Translations under genes and position numbers: made by a program
Shown here: positions 10,272 to 20,197 of the stretch, piece after piece
Position numbering within the stretch: position 1 is the stretch's first letter
Layout of the letters: each line of letters starts with the position of its first letter
Notes under the pieces: model-generated
Seen by the model: only the letters and a program-made list of their open reading frames with translations
Told to the model about the DNA's origin: nothing
Database searches by the model: none
From: Bacteriovoracia bacterium
GTDB taxonomy: Bacteria; Bdellovibrionota; UBA1018; JBFWNL01
DNA: 64,000 bases
Direction: 5' to 3'
NCBI GenBank assembly: GCA_050251055.1
Contig: JBFWNL010000004.1
Location: 128,001-192,000, forward strand

Positions 10272-11269
10272 AAAAGCTAGCACCCTCGTTGAAGCTCGCC
10301 TTTAAGTTCGCCCTCGTCTCGGCGTTGCTTTATTTCCTATCGCAGAAAGGGTTTCTCTCGCTTTCCGCCACGAAACGCGCCTTTTCCCGCTGGGAATACG
10401 TGGGCCCGGGTATGGGTTGCCTGGTCGTCACGGCGATCCTGGCCATCTACCGCTGGTACGTGCTGCTTTCCGCCCAAGGCATCCGTCTGGGCATCAGCCG
10501 GATCCTTCAGCTGACTTTCGTGGGAAGCTTTTTCAATATCGCCCTACCGGGCGCCGTAAGTGGCGACGTAATCAAGGCGATCTATGTGGCGAAGGAAATC
10601 CAGGGCCGTCGCGCGCATTCGCTCAGCTCGATCTTATTTGACCGCGTAGCCGGCGTATCGGCGCTAATTCTGGTCTCCGGCGTTGCCTTGCTGATGAGCT
10701 TGGCTTCCCCGGCGGGGGAACGCCTACTGCAAACCGTCGGGTTTTTCGTATTGGCCGCCACCGCCTTCGTCGTCGTGTTTTTCGGCTATCTTTTCATCGT
10801 GAAGGAAGATCGCGATCCGGTGCTGGCCTTGTGCCGGCGCTTGGAGCAACGAATACCCCGAGTCGGCTCCATCACGCGAATTTACGAGGGCATCCGCACT
10901 TACCACCACGAACGCGGCGCGATTGTGGTTTCGTTGGCGGTATCCGTCATTATCCATCTCTTGGTCATCGTTTCGTTCGTGTTTTTCTCCCTCGCGTTGG
11001 GGGAGGATCATTTGCAGCCTTTGTCGTTGTGCGTGATCGTCCCGTTGGGTTTGCTGGTCACGGCCATCCCCGTAATGCCCGCCGGCGTCGGAACCGGACA
11101 CGTCGCCTTCAGTTGGCTTTTCATGCAGATTGGATCCGAACGCGGAGCCGATACTTTCAGCTTGTTCGTGCTCTTTCAGCTGCTCCAGGGAATTTTCGGG
11201 GGATTGATTTACCTCCGCTTCAAGAGCCAGGCCACCGCGCTGGGCATCGATCTTGCTGCCAAGCGCTGA
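10268..11269 (+). CDS. Lysylphosphatidylglycerol synthase TM-domain / flippase-like membrane protein
   Basis: Multiple TM segments. RWYVLL...FFNIALPGAVSGDVIK, DRVAG and PVMPAGVG motifs. Confidence 0.88.
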   Translation: MKKLAPSLKLAFKFALVSALLYFLSQKGFLSLSATKRAFSRWEYVGPGMGCLVVTAILAIYRWYVLLSAQGIRLGISRILQLTFVGSFFNIALPGAVSGDVIKAIYVAKEIQGRRAHSLSSILFDRVAGVSALILVSGVALLMSLASPAGERLLQTVGFFVLAATAFVVVFFGYLFIVKEDRDPVLALCRRLEQRIPRVGSITRIYEGIRTYHHERGAIVVSLAVSVIIHLLVIVSFVFFSLALGEDHLQPLSLCVIVPLGLLVTAIPVMPAGVGTGHVAFSWLFMQIGSERGADTFSLFVLFQLLQGIFGGLIYLRFKSQATALGIDLAAKR

Positions 11270-12370
11270 GTGCGCGAAGCCTTTCGTCTTCATCCTTTTC
11301 AAACGGAAACTCTCGCGGCTTTGCAGGCCCCGGGACACGTCATCTGCGTAGCCCCAACGGGCTCCGGAAAGAGTTTAATCTACGAGCGTTTCTCCCAAAT
11401 GCGCCCGGCCAGGACTTTACTGATCTCGCCGCTCGTGGCGCTTGGTCGTCAGCAGCAAGCACGGCTAGAAGCACGGGGATTTCAGGTTTGGCTCGGGATG
11501 GGACCGGAAGGCCGCACGAACTCCAGCCGAAAGCAGTCCGAGTATTGGATCGTCAGCCCGGAGAAGTTGGAAGAATCACCGAGCACCGTTCATGCTTTGA
11601 AGGACTGGCGCCCCGACTGGATGGTGGTCGACGAATGCCACTGCCTTTGGGAATGGGGGCGCGAGTTCCGGCCGGCTTATCGAAAAGTTCCCGCGCTCAT
11701 CGCGCAGCTTGGCCTACGTCGTTCGCTTTGGCTCACGGCCACGCTCCCTTACGTCGCCCGTCGCGAGCTTCGCGCCGAGATCCCGACGCCGTTACGGGAA
11801 ATCGGCGAATTTGCTTTTCCGGAAAGCCTCATCATTCACGCCTGGCGGGTAAATCATGTGGACCGCGCGCAAGCGCTGCTGGACACGGTGGCGGCCCGCC
11901 CCGGACGCGGCATCGTATTCGTGCAAACACGAGAGGACACCCACCGACTAGCGCGGCTCTTAGGCTCCTTTCGCCCTCTGCCCTACCACGCCGGTCTGGG
12001 GTCGGAGGAAAAACGCGCGATTGAGCTTCGACTGAACCAAGGTGAATGCCGCGTACTCATCGCCACTTCCGCATTCGGACTAGGCATGGATATCCGGGAG
12101 CTGGACTGGGTCGTACTGTGGGAACCGCCCCGCAGCCTCTTGGCGCTGGCGCAAGCCCTGGGCCGAGTGGGACGAGCCGGCCGGCCCGGAGAAGCTTTCG
12201 TCTTTTGGGAACCCGCCGATGCCGCGCGGGGCGGACCCTCGGTCATGAATTGGCTACACGATCTTCGTTGCCGACGCGTCAGCATCGCGCCGTACTTCGC
12301 GGGTCCAGACGCTTCCCCCGCCGTTACGGCTTGCGGACGCTGCGATCGATGTCGATCGGCTCGATACTGA
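11270..12370 (+). CDS. recQ: Minimal RecQ-family DNA helicase
   Basis: APTGSGKS, VVDECHCLWEWGREFRPAY, TAT, YHAGL, ATSAFGLGMD, QALGRVGRAG and a C-terminal CRR...CGRCDRC Zn site. Confidence 0.85.
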   Translation: MREAFRLHPFQTETLAALQAPGHVICVAPTGSGKSLIYERFSQMRPARTLLISPLVALGRQQQARLEARGFQVWLGMGPEGRTNSSRKQSEYWIVSPEKLEESPSTVHALKDWRPDWMVVDECHCLWEWGREFRPAYRKVPALIAQLGLRRSLWLTATLPYVARRELRAEIPTPLREIGEFAFPESLIIHAWRVNHVDRAQALLDTVAARPGRGIVFVQTREDTHRLARLLGSFRPLPYHAGLGSEEKRAIELRLNQGECRVLIATSAFGLGMDIRELDWVVLWEPPRSLLALAQALGRVGRAGRPGEAFVFWEPADAARGGPSVMNWLHDLRCRRVSIAPYFAGPDASPAVTACGRCDRCRSARY

Positions 12371-14576
12371 CCAGATCTGGCTTGGCATCATTAGATCCGA
12401 AGTATGCGGTGATTGCGAAGATGTCCTTGCGCGTGGCCGCGAGCTTCCAGCGACCCCGGTCTCCTTTCCAGGAAAGGAAGTGGATGATGCCCCCTAGGTC
12501 TTTGCTTGGCGCCTTGCCGTAGCGGACCATGTAGGTGAAGACCGATTCGATCATGGCGTCGTCGTCGGGCTTGAGCTCCCCAAGCTGGGCGATCGTCGCC
12601 TTGAAAACGGGATAAGCCCGCATCACTTCCTTCGTGTCGAGGATCCCGTTTTGATCGGCGTCGAAGCGCAAAAAGAGCAGCTCCACGTAATGAGTCACGC
12701 CCGAGAGCCCCTTCACGTCATAGTCGCCGATGTCGTACTGAGAATACCCGTAACGGCGCCCACCCTTCTCCATGGCGATGAGGATGTTCTTACGGTCGGC
12801 ATCGGAGGAGGCTTTGTAAAAATCCGCCAAGTACGGGAAATGCGTCCAAGTATCGCCCAGGATCGCGCCATTTTCCTTGCGGAAGCAATCGACGTTCATC
12901 CAGTTGCCTTCCACGCTGCGGCCGACGCCAGCCACGCTGCAGATCGGCTCCACCTTCTCCTCGACCTGCTTGCCGAGCAGGCTGATCGACGTCAACACCG
13001 CCGCCAGATGGGTGGCCTCGGAAACCTGGATCAACCCATCGCCGTTCGCGGTGTGGGTAAACAGATCCGCCTCGCGATAACGTTTCTCGAACGTATTCGG
13101 CACGTCCTTATCGATGACCTTCAGGTCAATGCCGATCGGCGTGAAATCATCGTAAAACTGGCGGAAATTTGCCTTGGTGCCGCTCGTACCATCCTTCCGA
13201 TCCGAATAGACCCGGATGAGGTGGCTCGCCAGCATCTCATACCAATGGAACTGGCGAAGGTTTAGCAGCGTATGCGGCAGATTGAAGCGCATCTCCATCT
13301 GGTACTCTTCCGTGCCGACGGCATAGATCGGGACATACTCCTTCGCGATCCGGACTAGGCGGTCGACTTCAGCGCGCCGGTTTTCCTTCACTCCTTGCGC
13401 GTAGTCCTTAGCTGCCTTCTCGAACTCTTCGAGCGTAAAATCATCCCGATTTAAGCCGTACTTTTCGAATATCGTCTCGAGATGGGTGAGGCCGCGATTC
13501 CAGAACGAAACCAGCTCGACGAGATTATCCAGCGCCTTGTGATTTAGCTCGTCCGGCTTGGGGCTTTGCATGATCCGCTGTAGGAGCGGTTTCAGCGTAT
13601 ATTTCAGAGTCATCTTATGGATGGTCATCCACTCGTCCGGGAATGACTCGATGAGCTTAGAAAGATCGGCGATCGTCAGCGCTCCGCCGTGGTAACCCAG
13701 CGATTCATCAAGCGAGGCCTGGATCTTTTTCACCACGTCGATGAGAAACTCGCCGTATTCATTCGGTCCCGTGGCTAGCTTCTTATCGACGTTCAGGAGC
13801 GCCACCACCGGCCCGCCCAAGTCGGCGGCCTTGCGGATGAAGCGCGGCCACATGATCCCTTCGATCCCGCTGTCCTTGCCGCCAATCAGGGTGGTCTTGA
13901 TCGCGAGCACCGGCTTCATCAGCTCGTAAGTCAGTTTCCACTTGAAAACTTTTCCGAGCTCGTCGAGGAAAACGCCGAGCGCCCAATTCGGGAATATCGG
14001 ATTGTCGTTTGTCTTGATCGCGTTGGCGAGATTGATCCCCATCGACTGGATGCCCGTCGAGAGGGCGAGCATTGCCTGCGGAGTCGCGCCGGACTTGAGC
14101 TGGACCAGCGCGGGCAAGAGCTTCATGGTTTCGACCTTAGCGACTCGCAGGAATCCGACGAACACCCGCAGCTCGTCTTTTTTCAGAACCTCGTCGCTGC
14201 CGCCCAACAAGGAGGCTTTTAGCTTAAACGTAGCCGCCACGAGCTCGTTCGAGACCGGCACGTTGGTCACCAACACCTTGCGCACAAATGAAAGAATATC
14301 GCCCTGGGTATAGCCCTGCGCCGAGCCTTCGGAAACGAACTTGATGAACAGCTCGAGGGAGTCGATCGTGCAATCCCAGGTCTCGTCCCACTCTTCGCGG
14401 CTCACGTCGCCGCGCATGTAGCGCTCGAAGCGCGGGCCGAGCTCGTTGAGGCAGCCGGTTTTTTTGGCGCCGTAGGTGAGCACTTCATTGAGCGGATCTT
14501 TTTCGCCTAGGATCCCGCAGCCGGCGGCCACGGACAGAAAAACCAAGACGCCAGCTAAAGTCGGTTTAAAAGACAT
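12324..14576 (-). CDS. Large helical lipoprotein with EF-hand-like motifs
   Basis: Lipobox VAAG-C. DADQNGILDTKE and ANGDGLIQVSE resemble Ca-binding loops. Confidence 0.8.
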   Translation of the reverse strand: MSFKPTLAGVLVFLSVAAGCGILGEKDPLNEVLTYGAKKTGCLNELGPRFERYMRGDVSREEWDETWDCTIDSLELFIKFVSEGSAQGYTQGDILSFVRKVLVTNVPVSNELVAATFKLKASLLGGSDEVLKKDELRVFVGFLRVAKVETMKLLPALVQLKSGATPQAMLALSTGIQSMGINLANAIKTNDNPIFPNWALGVFLDELGKVFKWKLTYELMKPVLAIKTTLIGGKDSGIEGIMWPRFIRKAADLGGPVVALLNVDKKLATGPNEYGEFLIDVVKKIQASLDESLGYHGGALTIADLSKLIESFPDEWMTIHKMTLKYTLKPLLQRIMQSPKPDELNHKALDNLVELVSFWNRGLTHLETIFEKYGLNRDDFTLEEFEKAAKDYAQGVKENRRAEVDRLVRIAKEYVPIYAVGTEEYQMEMRFNLPHTLLNLRQFHWYEMLASHLIRVYSDRKDGTSGTKANFRQFYDDFTPIGIDLKVIDKDVPNTFEKRYREADLFTHTANGDGLIQVSEATHLAAVLTSISLLGKQVEEKVEPICSVAGVGRSVEGNWMNVDCFRKENGAILGDTWTHFPYLADFYKASSDADRKNILIAMEKGGRRYGYSQYDIGDYDVKGLSGVTHYVELLFLRFDADQNGILDTKEVMRAYPVFKATIAQLGELKPDDDAMIESVFTYMVRYGKAPSKDLGGIIHFLSWKGDRGRWKLAATRKDIFAITAYFGSNDAKPDLVSIEPIDIDRSVRKP

Positions 14577-15909
14577 AAGCTACCCCCAGCCGCAAGCGGT
14601 CGTTTCCCGAATACTGGCCAATAATACCCTGACCAGTCGTAGAAACGAAGAAATCTAAACCTATGCTAGCGCGCCAGGAGTTCTTTGCGTACTGCGCATC
14701 CAAGGAAAAAATATGACTACGGTTCTCGATGTCGTACGTGAAGTCAGAAGAGTAGCTGAAAGGGGAGTCGGTAGTGAGTTTAGCCCCCAGCATCAAAGCG
14801 TTTGTATAGGTGAACCGCGTCGGGATATCCAAATCGACGATTTCCTCGTCCGCCGCGGGCTTGACCTCGTTCACGTACATAAAAGCCGCCTGTAACGAGA
14901 AGTTGCGATCAAGCTTGCCGTCGACGCCGGTCGAGTAAATGATGGCCGGGCCCATCGGCTCGTTAATGAAGTTGGGGTTTCGATTGAGATCCACGGGGGC
15001 CTCTCCCGACAACGATCCCCACGCCGACCAATTAGCCGCTCGGTATCCCACCTCGCCGGTGAGGATGTGATGATGATAAACGCGTGGATGCAGGGTCGAG
15101 TTGAGGATCAAGGAATCCGTCTGGAGCTGGGCCTCCACGGAGATATCCGGCTGATTGCTGGGCAGGAATCCGTACGAAGTTTTGGCCCAAATGCCCTCTT
15201 TTTCCCCATAATCGAGCGAAATCGCGCCGCCGGGATTGAAGATCAGCTGGCCGAGCGGAGGCATCGCGATCGCGTACTTGATATCCGCCTGCTGGGTGAG
15301 CACGACGGCGCGTTTAGGCAGCGGGTACAGAAACGGACTCGGGGTATCCAGCCTTCCTTCGCCATCCTTGATCGGAAAACCTCGCTCCGGCACGTTTAGG
15401 GGAGACGCGAAAACGCGCACGCCCCAATTCGAAGCCCGATAGGTATAGAAAACGCCCGTCAATCCCACCGGCTGCGGGTGGGTTGGATCCCAAAGGAAGC
15501 GCGGCGCCCACAAACCCTGCTTCCAGACGTCGTCCGAAGATCCCCAAGACATGAACTTGCGACCCAAGGTGACCTGGTGACCGTGGTTCGGGTGGGTTTG
15601 CACATAAAAGTCGCGGGACTCGGCGGTAAAAAAACTCGGATCGGACAGGAAAGTGTAGCCGGTGACGTTGAGTTTCACCTCGAGCAGCTTGCCCGAGGTT
15701 TCGTAATCGATTCCCGCGTAAACGGTGGAATTCTCATTCGATCGATCTTTGGAGGAACGCAGGAAGTTGGAAGACTCCAGCCCGACGATGCCGATGGCGT
15801 GGGACTCGGAGGAAAAGCTTCCCCCTAACGCCACCAGCACGGTGGCGAGTCGGAGCGACCACGTCCCCTCCTTGGGATTCTTTTTTGGTACTGACGAAAT
15901 CACGGCCAT
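14566..15909 (-). CDS. Probable outer-membrane beta-barrel protein
   Basis: Signal peptide, alternating-residue beta strands and a C-terminal beta-signal RLRLGVAYVF. Overlaps the lipoprotein start. Exact start uncertain. Confidence 0.72.
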   Translation of the reverse strand: MAVISSVPKKNPKEGTWSLRLATVLVALGGSFSSESHAIGIVGLESSNFLRSSKDRSNENSTVYAGIDYETSGKLLEVKLNVTGYTFLSDPSFFTAESRDFYVQTHPNHGHQVTLGRKFMSWGSSDDVWKQGLWAPRFLWDPTHPQPVGLTGVFYTYRASNWGVRVFASPLNVPERGFPIKDGEGRLDTPSPFLYPLPKRAVVLTQQADIKYAIAMPPLGQLIFNPGGAISLDYGEKEGIWAKTSYGFLPSNQPDISVEAQLQTDSLILNSTLHPRVYHHHILTGEVGYRAANWSAWGSLSGEAPVDLNRNPNFINEPMGPAIIYSTGVDGKLDRNFSLQAAFMYVNEVKPAADEEIVDLDIPTRFTYTNALMLGAKLTTDSPFSYSSDFTYDIENRSHIFSLDAQYAKNSWRASIGLDFFVSTTGQGIIGQYSGNDRLRLGVAYVF

Positions 15910-16079
15910 CCTTAGCCTTCTCTCCCTTCCAGGATACCGGGTTTGTCTTGAACTTCCAAGTCGGGTAAGGATTTCCGGGCGAGTTTAAGTCGGTCACGTC
16001 AAGAATCCACCGAATCGCCAATGAATTGGCGCTCACAATCGGGTTTAAAAACCATGCGACTTCGGGGACACTTAAATCC

Positions 16080-17279
16080 ATGAAAAAACCCCTACCTTCG
16101 GTGGCGCTCTGGGCGTGGTCAATTTATTTTGCTCTCCCTTTGTCGGCTTCCGCGCTGGATCTGGGATTCCGTTACCAAAACGGCAAGTGCGTCAACGGCG
16201 AAGGGAAGATCGGCCTAAATCCGTTTTACTTTGGGCCGTGCTCGGACATGCGTGATCTGACCTTAAACCGCTTCGAAATGGCGGGAATCGACTTTAGCGG
16301 CTCTAAGTTTACAAATGCCGATCTTCAGCTGACGAACTTCCGAACCAGTCGCTTTGTCGACGTCGACTTCACGGGCGCCAAACTAATGGGCGCGAACTTC
16401 CTCGATAGCACTTTTGAGAAAGTGAATTTCATGGGTGCGAACCTGCGGCGCGCGAAGTTTAGCGGCGCGACTTTTTTGGAAAGTAGATTTGTGGGCGTCG
16501 ATTTTCGAGGTTTTGACCTTTCCTATTTTCAATGCGTTCAATGTACGTTCGATAAAGCCGATTTTTCCGAAGCGAATCTCACCGAAGCCGTCATCGACCA
16601 AGCTTCATTTTCGGAGGCGATTCTCGCTAACGCCAAGTTGATCGGCGCGATGGTAACCCACTCGACTTTTGCCAACGCCGTCTTGCGGGGTTCTAACTGG
16701 AACCAGGCCGACGTGAGCGGATCCAATTTCGCCAAGGCCAAATACAGCATGCGCACCCAGCTTCCTTTCAATGAGGTGGAAGCCAAAAAGCAAAAAATGA
16801 TACAGGTCAAAGCCACGGATTTCATGGGTGTTGCCACTAATCTTCCATATAAAGATATCGCTGGATGGTCCCCCTGCCACCGCTCATCCTACGATCGGAT
16901 ATCGGATCTAAGCAGCATATTGAAGTCCTGCAAAGCCACTCACGTCATGATGGGTTGTCGAAAAACCGGCGAGCCGGTGTTGGAAGTAGCCGCATTCGGT
17001 GCCTACGATCGGGTTTTTCGCGAAATAGGGCGGGAAGACGGCGGGACCTACGAAAACGGCGTGACTTTTTATTTTGGAAAAAACTCTAGCGTGGGATTTG
17101 CGCGCCCTGGCGTGATTTCACGCAGCGCCAATGGATGCGACGTGGAAAATACTTCATCCGCATATCGGTTTTGTATCCGCTTACAAAGTGACCAAATCGT
17201 CGCTGGGTACCGCTGTGGCGGCGCCGTGGCCCTCAACAACGACAAGTATGAACGCGTTTTTTTTAAAGCTAACTTTTAA
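16080..17279 (+). CDS. Secreted pentapeptide-repeat protein with a Cys-rich C-terminal domain (paralog 1)
   Basis: Signal peptide MKKPLPS...ASA, A(D/N)(F/L)xx pentapeptide repeats and a Cys-rich tail. Confidence 0.88.
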   Translation: MKKPLPSVALWAWSIYFALPLSASALDLGFRYQNGKCVNGEGKIGLNPFYFGPCSDMRDLTLNRFEMAGIDFSGSKFTNADLQLTNFRTSRFVDVDFTGAKLMGANFLDSTFEKVNFMGANLRRAKFSGATFLESRFVGVDFRGFDLSYFQCVQCTFDKADFSEANLTEAVIDQASFSEAILANAKLIGAMVTHSTFANAVLRGSNWNQADVSGSNFAKAKYSMRTQLPFNEVEAKKQKMIQVKATDFMGVATNLPYKDIAGWSPCHRSSYDRISDLSSILKSCKATHVMMGCRKTGEPVLEVAAFGAYDRVFREIGREDGGTYENGVTFYFGKNSSVGFARPGVISRSANGCDVENTSSAYRFCIRLQSDQIVAGYRCGGAVALNNDKYERVFFKANF

Positions 17280-17304
17280 GGAATACCCATATGAAGGAGA
17301 ACCT

Positions 17305-18498
17305 ATGATAATGATTCGCCACGCCTCCTGGATTACGGTACTCAGCCTATCCTTCGCGGGGACGGTGTTCTCCGGGGATCTCGGATTCCGGTACCAAGCC
17401 GGGAAATGCTTGAATGCCAAAGGCGAAGCCGGTCTGAACCCCAGTTTCCTTGGGCAATGCGCCGACCTTCGCGGGGTGGTCATCTCCCGGCTGAATCTCG
17501 ACGGGATCGACTTCAGTGGATCGAAGTTCACGAATACCGATCTCCAGCTCACGACGTTTCGCGGCGGGCGCCTGGTGGACGTCGACTTTGAAAGCGCCAA
17601 ACTTGCGGGTGCCGACTTCATCGACGCGCACCTGGAACGGGTCAGCTTTCAGCGCTCATCACTAAAAAACGCGAAGTTCAGTGGCGCGACGGTCTTGGAG
17701 TCGAGCTTCAAAGGCGTGGACTTAGGCTCCTTCGATCTCTCGCTTAGCAACTTCGCTCGCTGCAATTTCGATGAGGCCAACTTCAATGGAACGAAACTGA
17801 CCGAGGCGGTCTTGGAATCGAGCTCATTCAAAGGCGCAAACTTCAAAGACGCCCACCTTGCCAAGGCCGACCTACGCCGGGCCAACTTCGACGGCGCCAA
17901 TCTCCGAGGGTCTAACCTCGAGGGCGCCGAGGTGAAGGGAGCGACGTTCGCGGGCGCAAAATACAATCGCCGCACAAAATTGCCGTTCACCCAGGAAGAG
18001 GCGGCCAATCAGAAAATGACGTTCATCCGCGTGACCGAGTTTAGCGGGATTATGAACAACGTCCCGATCGAGGAATTAGACGACTGGGAGATTTGCCATG
18101 TCAGCAAGTTCGCCGAATCCCAGCCTTTGGAAAAAGTCCTCAAGGACTGCCAAGCGACCCATGTCATGCTGGCCTGCCGGGTTACCGGCGGAAACACGTT
18201 CATTGTTGCGGGGTACGGCGCCTACAACCAAGTCTTCAAGGAAATCGGAACCTCCCAAACTGGCACCTTGGATAACGACGTCCTGTTTTATTACAGCAAC
18301 ACCTACAGTATCGGGTTCGCCGCCAAGGGCGACACCCTCCAAAGAAACAGCTGCGACGTCGGAACCAACCAGCCGGAAAAAAGACTCTGCTTTCATACCC
18401 AAAATCAAAACTTAAGCGGCGGTTATCGCTGCGGAGCCACGGTCGGCCTGAATAGCAGCACGGCCTACGAACGGGTGTTCTTGAAAGCAAATCCCTAG
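17305..18498 (+). CDS. Secreted pentapeptide-repeat protein with a Cys-rich C-terminal domain (paralog 2)
   Basis: AGGAG Shine-Dalgarno before the ATG at 17305. Colinear with paralog 1 (DLGFRYQxGKC...YERVFxKAN). Confidence 0.88.
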   Translation: MIMIRHASWITVLSLSFAGTVFSGDLGFRYQAGKCLNAKGEAGLNPSFLGQCADLRGVVISRLNLDGIDFSGSKFTNTDLQLTTFRGGRLVDVDFESAKLAGADFIDAHLERVSFQRSSLKNAKFSGATVLESSFKGVDLGSFDLSLSNFARCNFDEANFNGTKLTEAVLESSSFKGANFKDAHLAKADLRRANFDGANLRGSNLEGAEVKGATFAGAKYNRRTKLPFTQEEAANQKMTFIRVTEFSGIMNNVPIEELDDWEICHVSKFAESQPLEKVLKDCQATHVMLACRVTGGNTFIVAGYGAYNQVFKEIGTSQTGTLDNDVLFYYSNTYSIGFAAKGDTLQRNSCDVGTNQPEKRLCFHTQNQNLSGGYRCGATVGLNSSTAYERVFLKANP

Positions 18499-18503
18499 CC
18501 GCC

Positions 18504-20084
18504 CTAGTCTTTTAGGTAGGGGGACTGGAAGTTACGGTACTGATCGGCGACCTGTTGGGCGTAATCTTTCACTTTGCCCGCCAGGCGCGTGAGCTTCCAA
18601 TGCGCCAGGCGCATCTCAAGCTCCGTCTGGCGTAGATCGCCTTCGGCGTAGGTGGCGTCGTCGCCCGCCTGAATCACCGACAACAACGGAACCTTGCCGA
18701 TCTTGAAGCGATCTTCGTCGAGCTGCACGCGTAGTAACTGGTTATCGAAAGCCTGCTGGAGCTTCCGGGTCGAATCCACCAAACGCCGGGTGTCGTCGCA
18801 CTGATTGATCCAGCGCACGCGCATGTCGCGTTTTGCCGAGGCGGCGATCGACTCGACACGCTCGCGGTTAACGATCGCGTTCCGTACTTCCGCTTCGGCG
18901 GCGTAGTTCATGATCGGAAAATTCAATCCCACCGAAGCGGTCCACGCCAGGTGCTGGGTGGTGAAGCCTTCGGAAAACGACGATCCCAAGGTATTGCTGA
19001 TCCCGTTGGGAGATACGGCGAGCAGGAGTTGCGCCTCCGGCGCCGCGAGGCTCTTCGCGCGATCCAGCGTCAGCTCGGCGGCCTTGGCTTGAAGATCGAG
19101 CTTGCGGGTGGCGGAGTCGAGCGCGAACTCATAGCCCTCTTTTTGGAGCAGCTGGCAGAGCTCGAGCTGCTTAGGGCCAAACTCGTCCACCACGAGCGGA
19201 ATTTCACTGGCGTCGAGATTCACCCAAGCCGACGGCAGCTTGAGGGATACCACGAGCGAGCGCCAAACTTGGGCGAGCCCCTGGTTGGCCCGTTCGGCCA
19301 TGACCTCGGTCGCGAGTACCGCGCTTTTGACCTGCAGCACGTCGGGCCGCTCCGCCGTTCCCCGCCGTGCTTTGCTCTCGGTGATCGAGGCCAAGCGTTG
19401 ACGACGCTTCAAGCTGTCTTGCGCAGTCTTGATACGCGATTGCAACATCCAGGCGTTGTAATAGATGTCCACGATGCCGAGCACCCACTCCTCAAGCGAC
19501 TCGTCGAAGGCGGCTTGGCTGGCCTCGCGACCGAATTCGCCGGCCTCGAGCCCCCGTCGCGTGCCCGATCCAAATCCGTCTTTCCATAAATTCTGGACCA
19601 GCGTGAAAGAGGGTTTCGTTTCGTAGCCCGCGGCCGTGAAGGCCGTGCCCGGGCCACCCAGGCCGGGAAACGTCATATCGGAGTAACCCGTCGCCAAATC
19701 GAAGGACAACATCGTGCCCGTGCGAAAGTAAGTGGAAGCGCCCAGCTTGAGCTGCGTGCCCGAAGAGCGGTTCGGCATGAAGCTACTCAGCGCTTCGTTT
19801 TCATTAATCTGTCGGCCCAAGCTGAGCGACAAGCGCGTATCGAGCGGGATTTTCGCGGAAAGCAGCGGGACCTCGACGCCGGCGCCTTGCGCGATCACGG
19901 CCTTGAAGCTGTCGGAGGACGACATCGCGCGCGCGAGCACGAAATCAAGCGTCACTTTCTTTCCCGGCAGCGAATCCAACAAGCCTTGTGCGTCAGGCGG
20001 AAGCGGCGCCGCCAGCGCCGACCCGAGGCCAAGGCCAAACCACGCTAATCCCATCCTTGTGACTACGCGAAGTGGTGTGCTCAT
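18504..20084 (-). CDS. TolC-family outer-membrane efflux protein
   Basis: Signal peptide and two coiled-coil/beta repeats (YYNAW...RRGTAERPDVLQ; DRFKIGKVPLLSVIQA). Confidence 0.82.
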   Translation of the reverse strand: MSTPLRVVTRMGLAWFGLGLGSALAAPLPPDAQGLLDSLPGKKVTLDFVLARAMSSSDSFKAVIAQGAGVEVPLLSAKIPLDTRLSLSLGRQINENEALSSFMPNRSSGTQLKLGASTYFRTGTMLSFDLATGYSDMTFPGLGGPGTAFTAAGYETKPSFTLVQNLWKDGFGSGTRRGLEAGEFGREASQAAFDESLEEWVLGIVDIYYNAWMLQSRIKTAQDSLKRRQRLASITESKARRGTAERPDVLQVKSAVLATEVMAERANQGLAQVWRSLVVSLKLPSAWVNLDASEIPLVVDEFGPKQLELCQLLQKEGYEFALDSATRKLDLQAKAAELTLDRAKSLAAPEAQLLLAVSPNGISNTLGSSFSEGFTTQHLAWTASVGLNFPIMNYAAEAEVRNAIVNRERVESIAASAKRDMRVRWINQCDDTRRLVDSTRKLQQAFDNQLLRVQLDEDRFKIGKVPLLSVIQAGDDATYAEGDLRQTELEMRLAHWKLTRLAGKVKDYAQQVADQYRNFQSPYLKD

Positions 20085-20197
20085 AATTTTGCACCCTTAG
20101 CGTAACGAACTCATCGAACGGCGTCGAGCGAATCTGTCTGGTAACCAGAAAGTTCGCGCCAAAGTTTTGACGGCCGTAGAATGTGCTCGGATCTCTT

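Noticed and set aside
10831-12024. Long alternative-frame ORFs (also 25375-26259 and 56098-57360)
   Set aside because: Arg/Pro/Ala-rich frame shadows of well-supported genes, as expected at ~60% GC.
16080-18498. Qnr-type quinolone resistance genes
   Set aside because: Signal peptides and extra Cys-rich domains are not compatible with cytoplasmic Qnr proteins.
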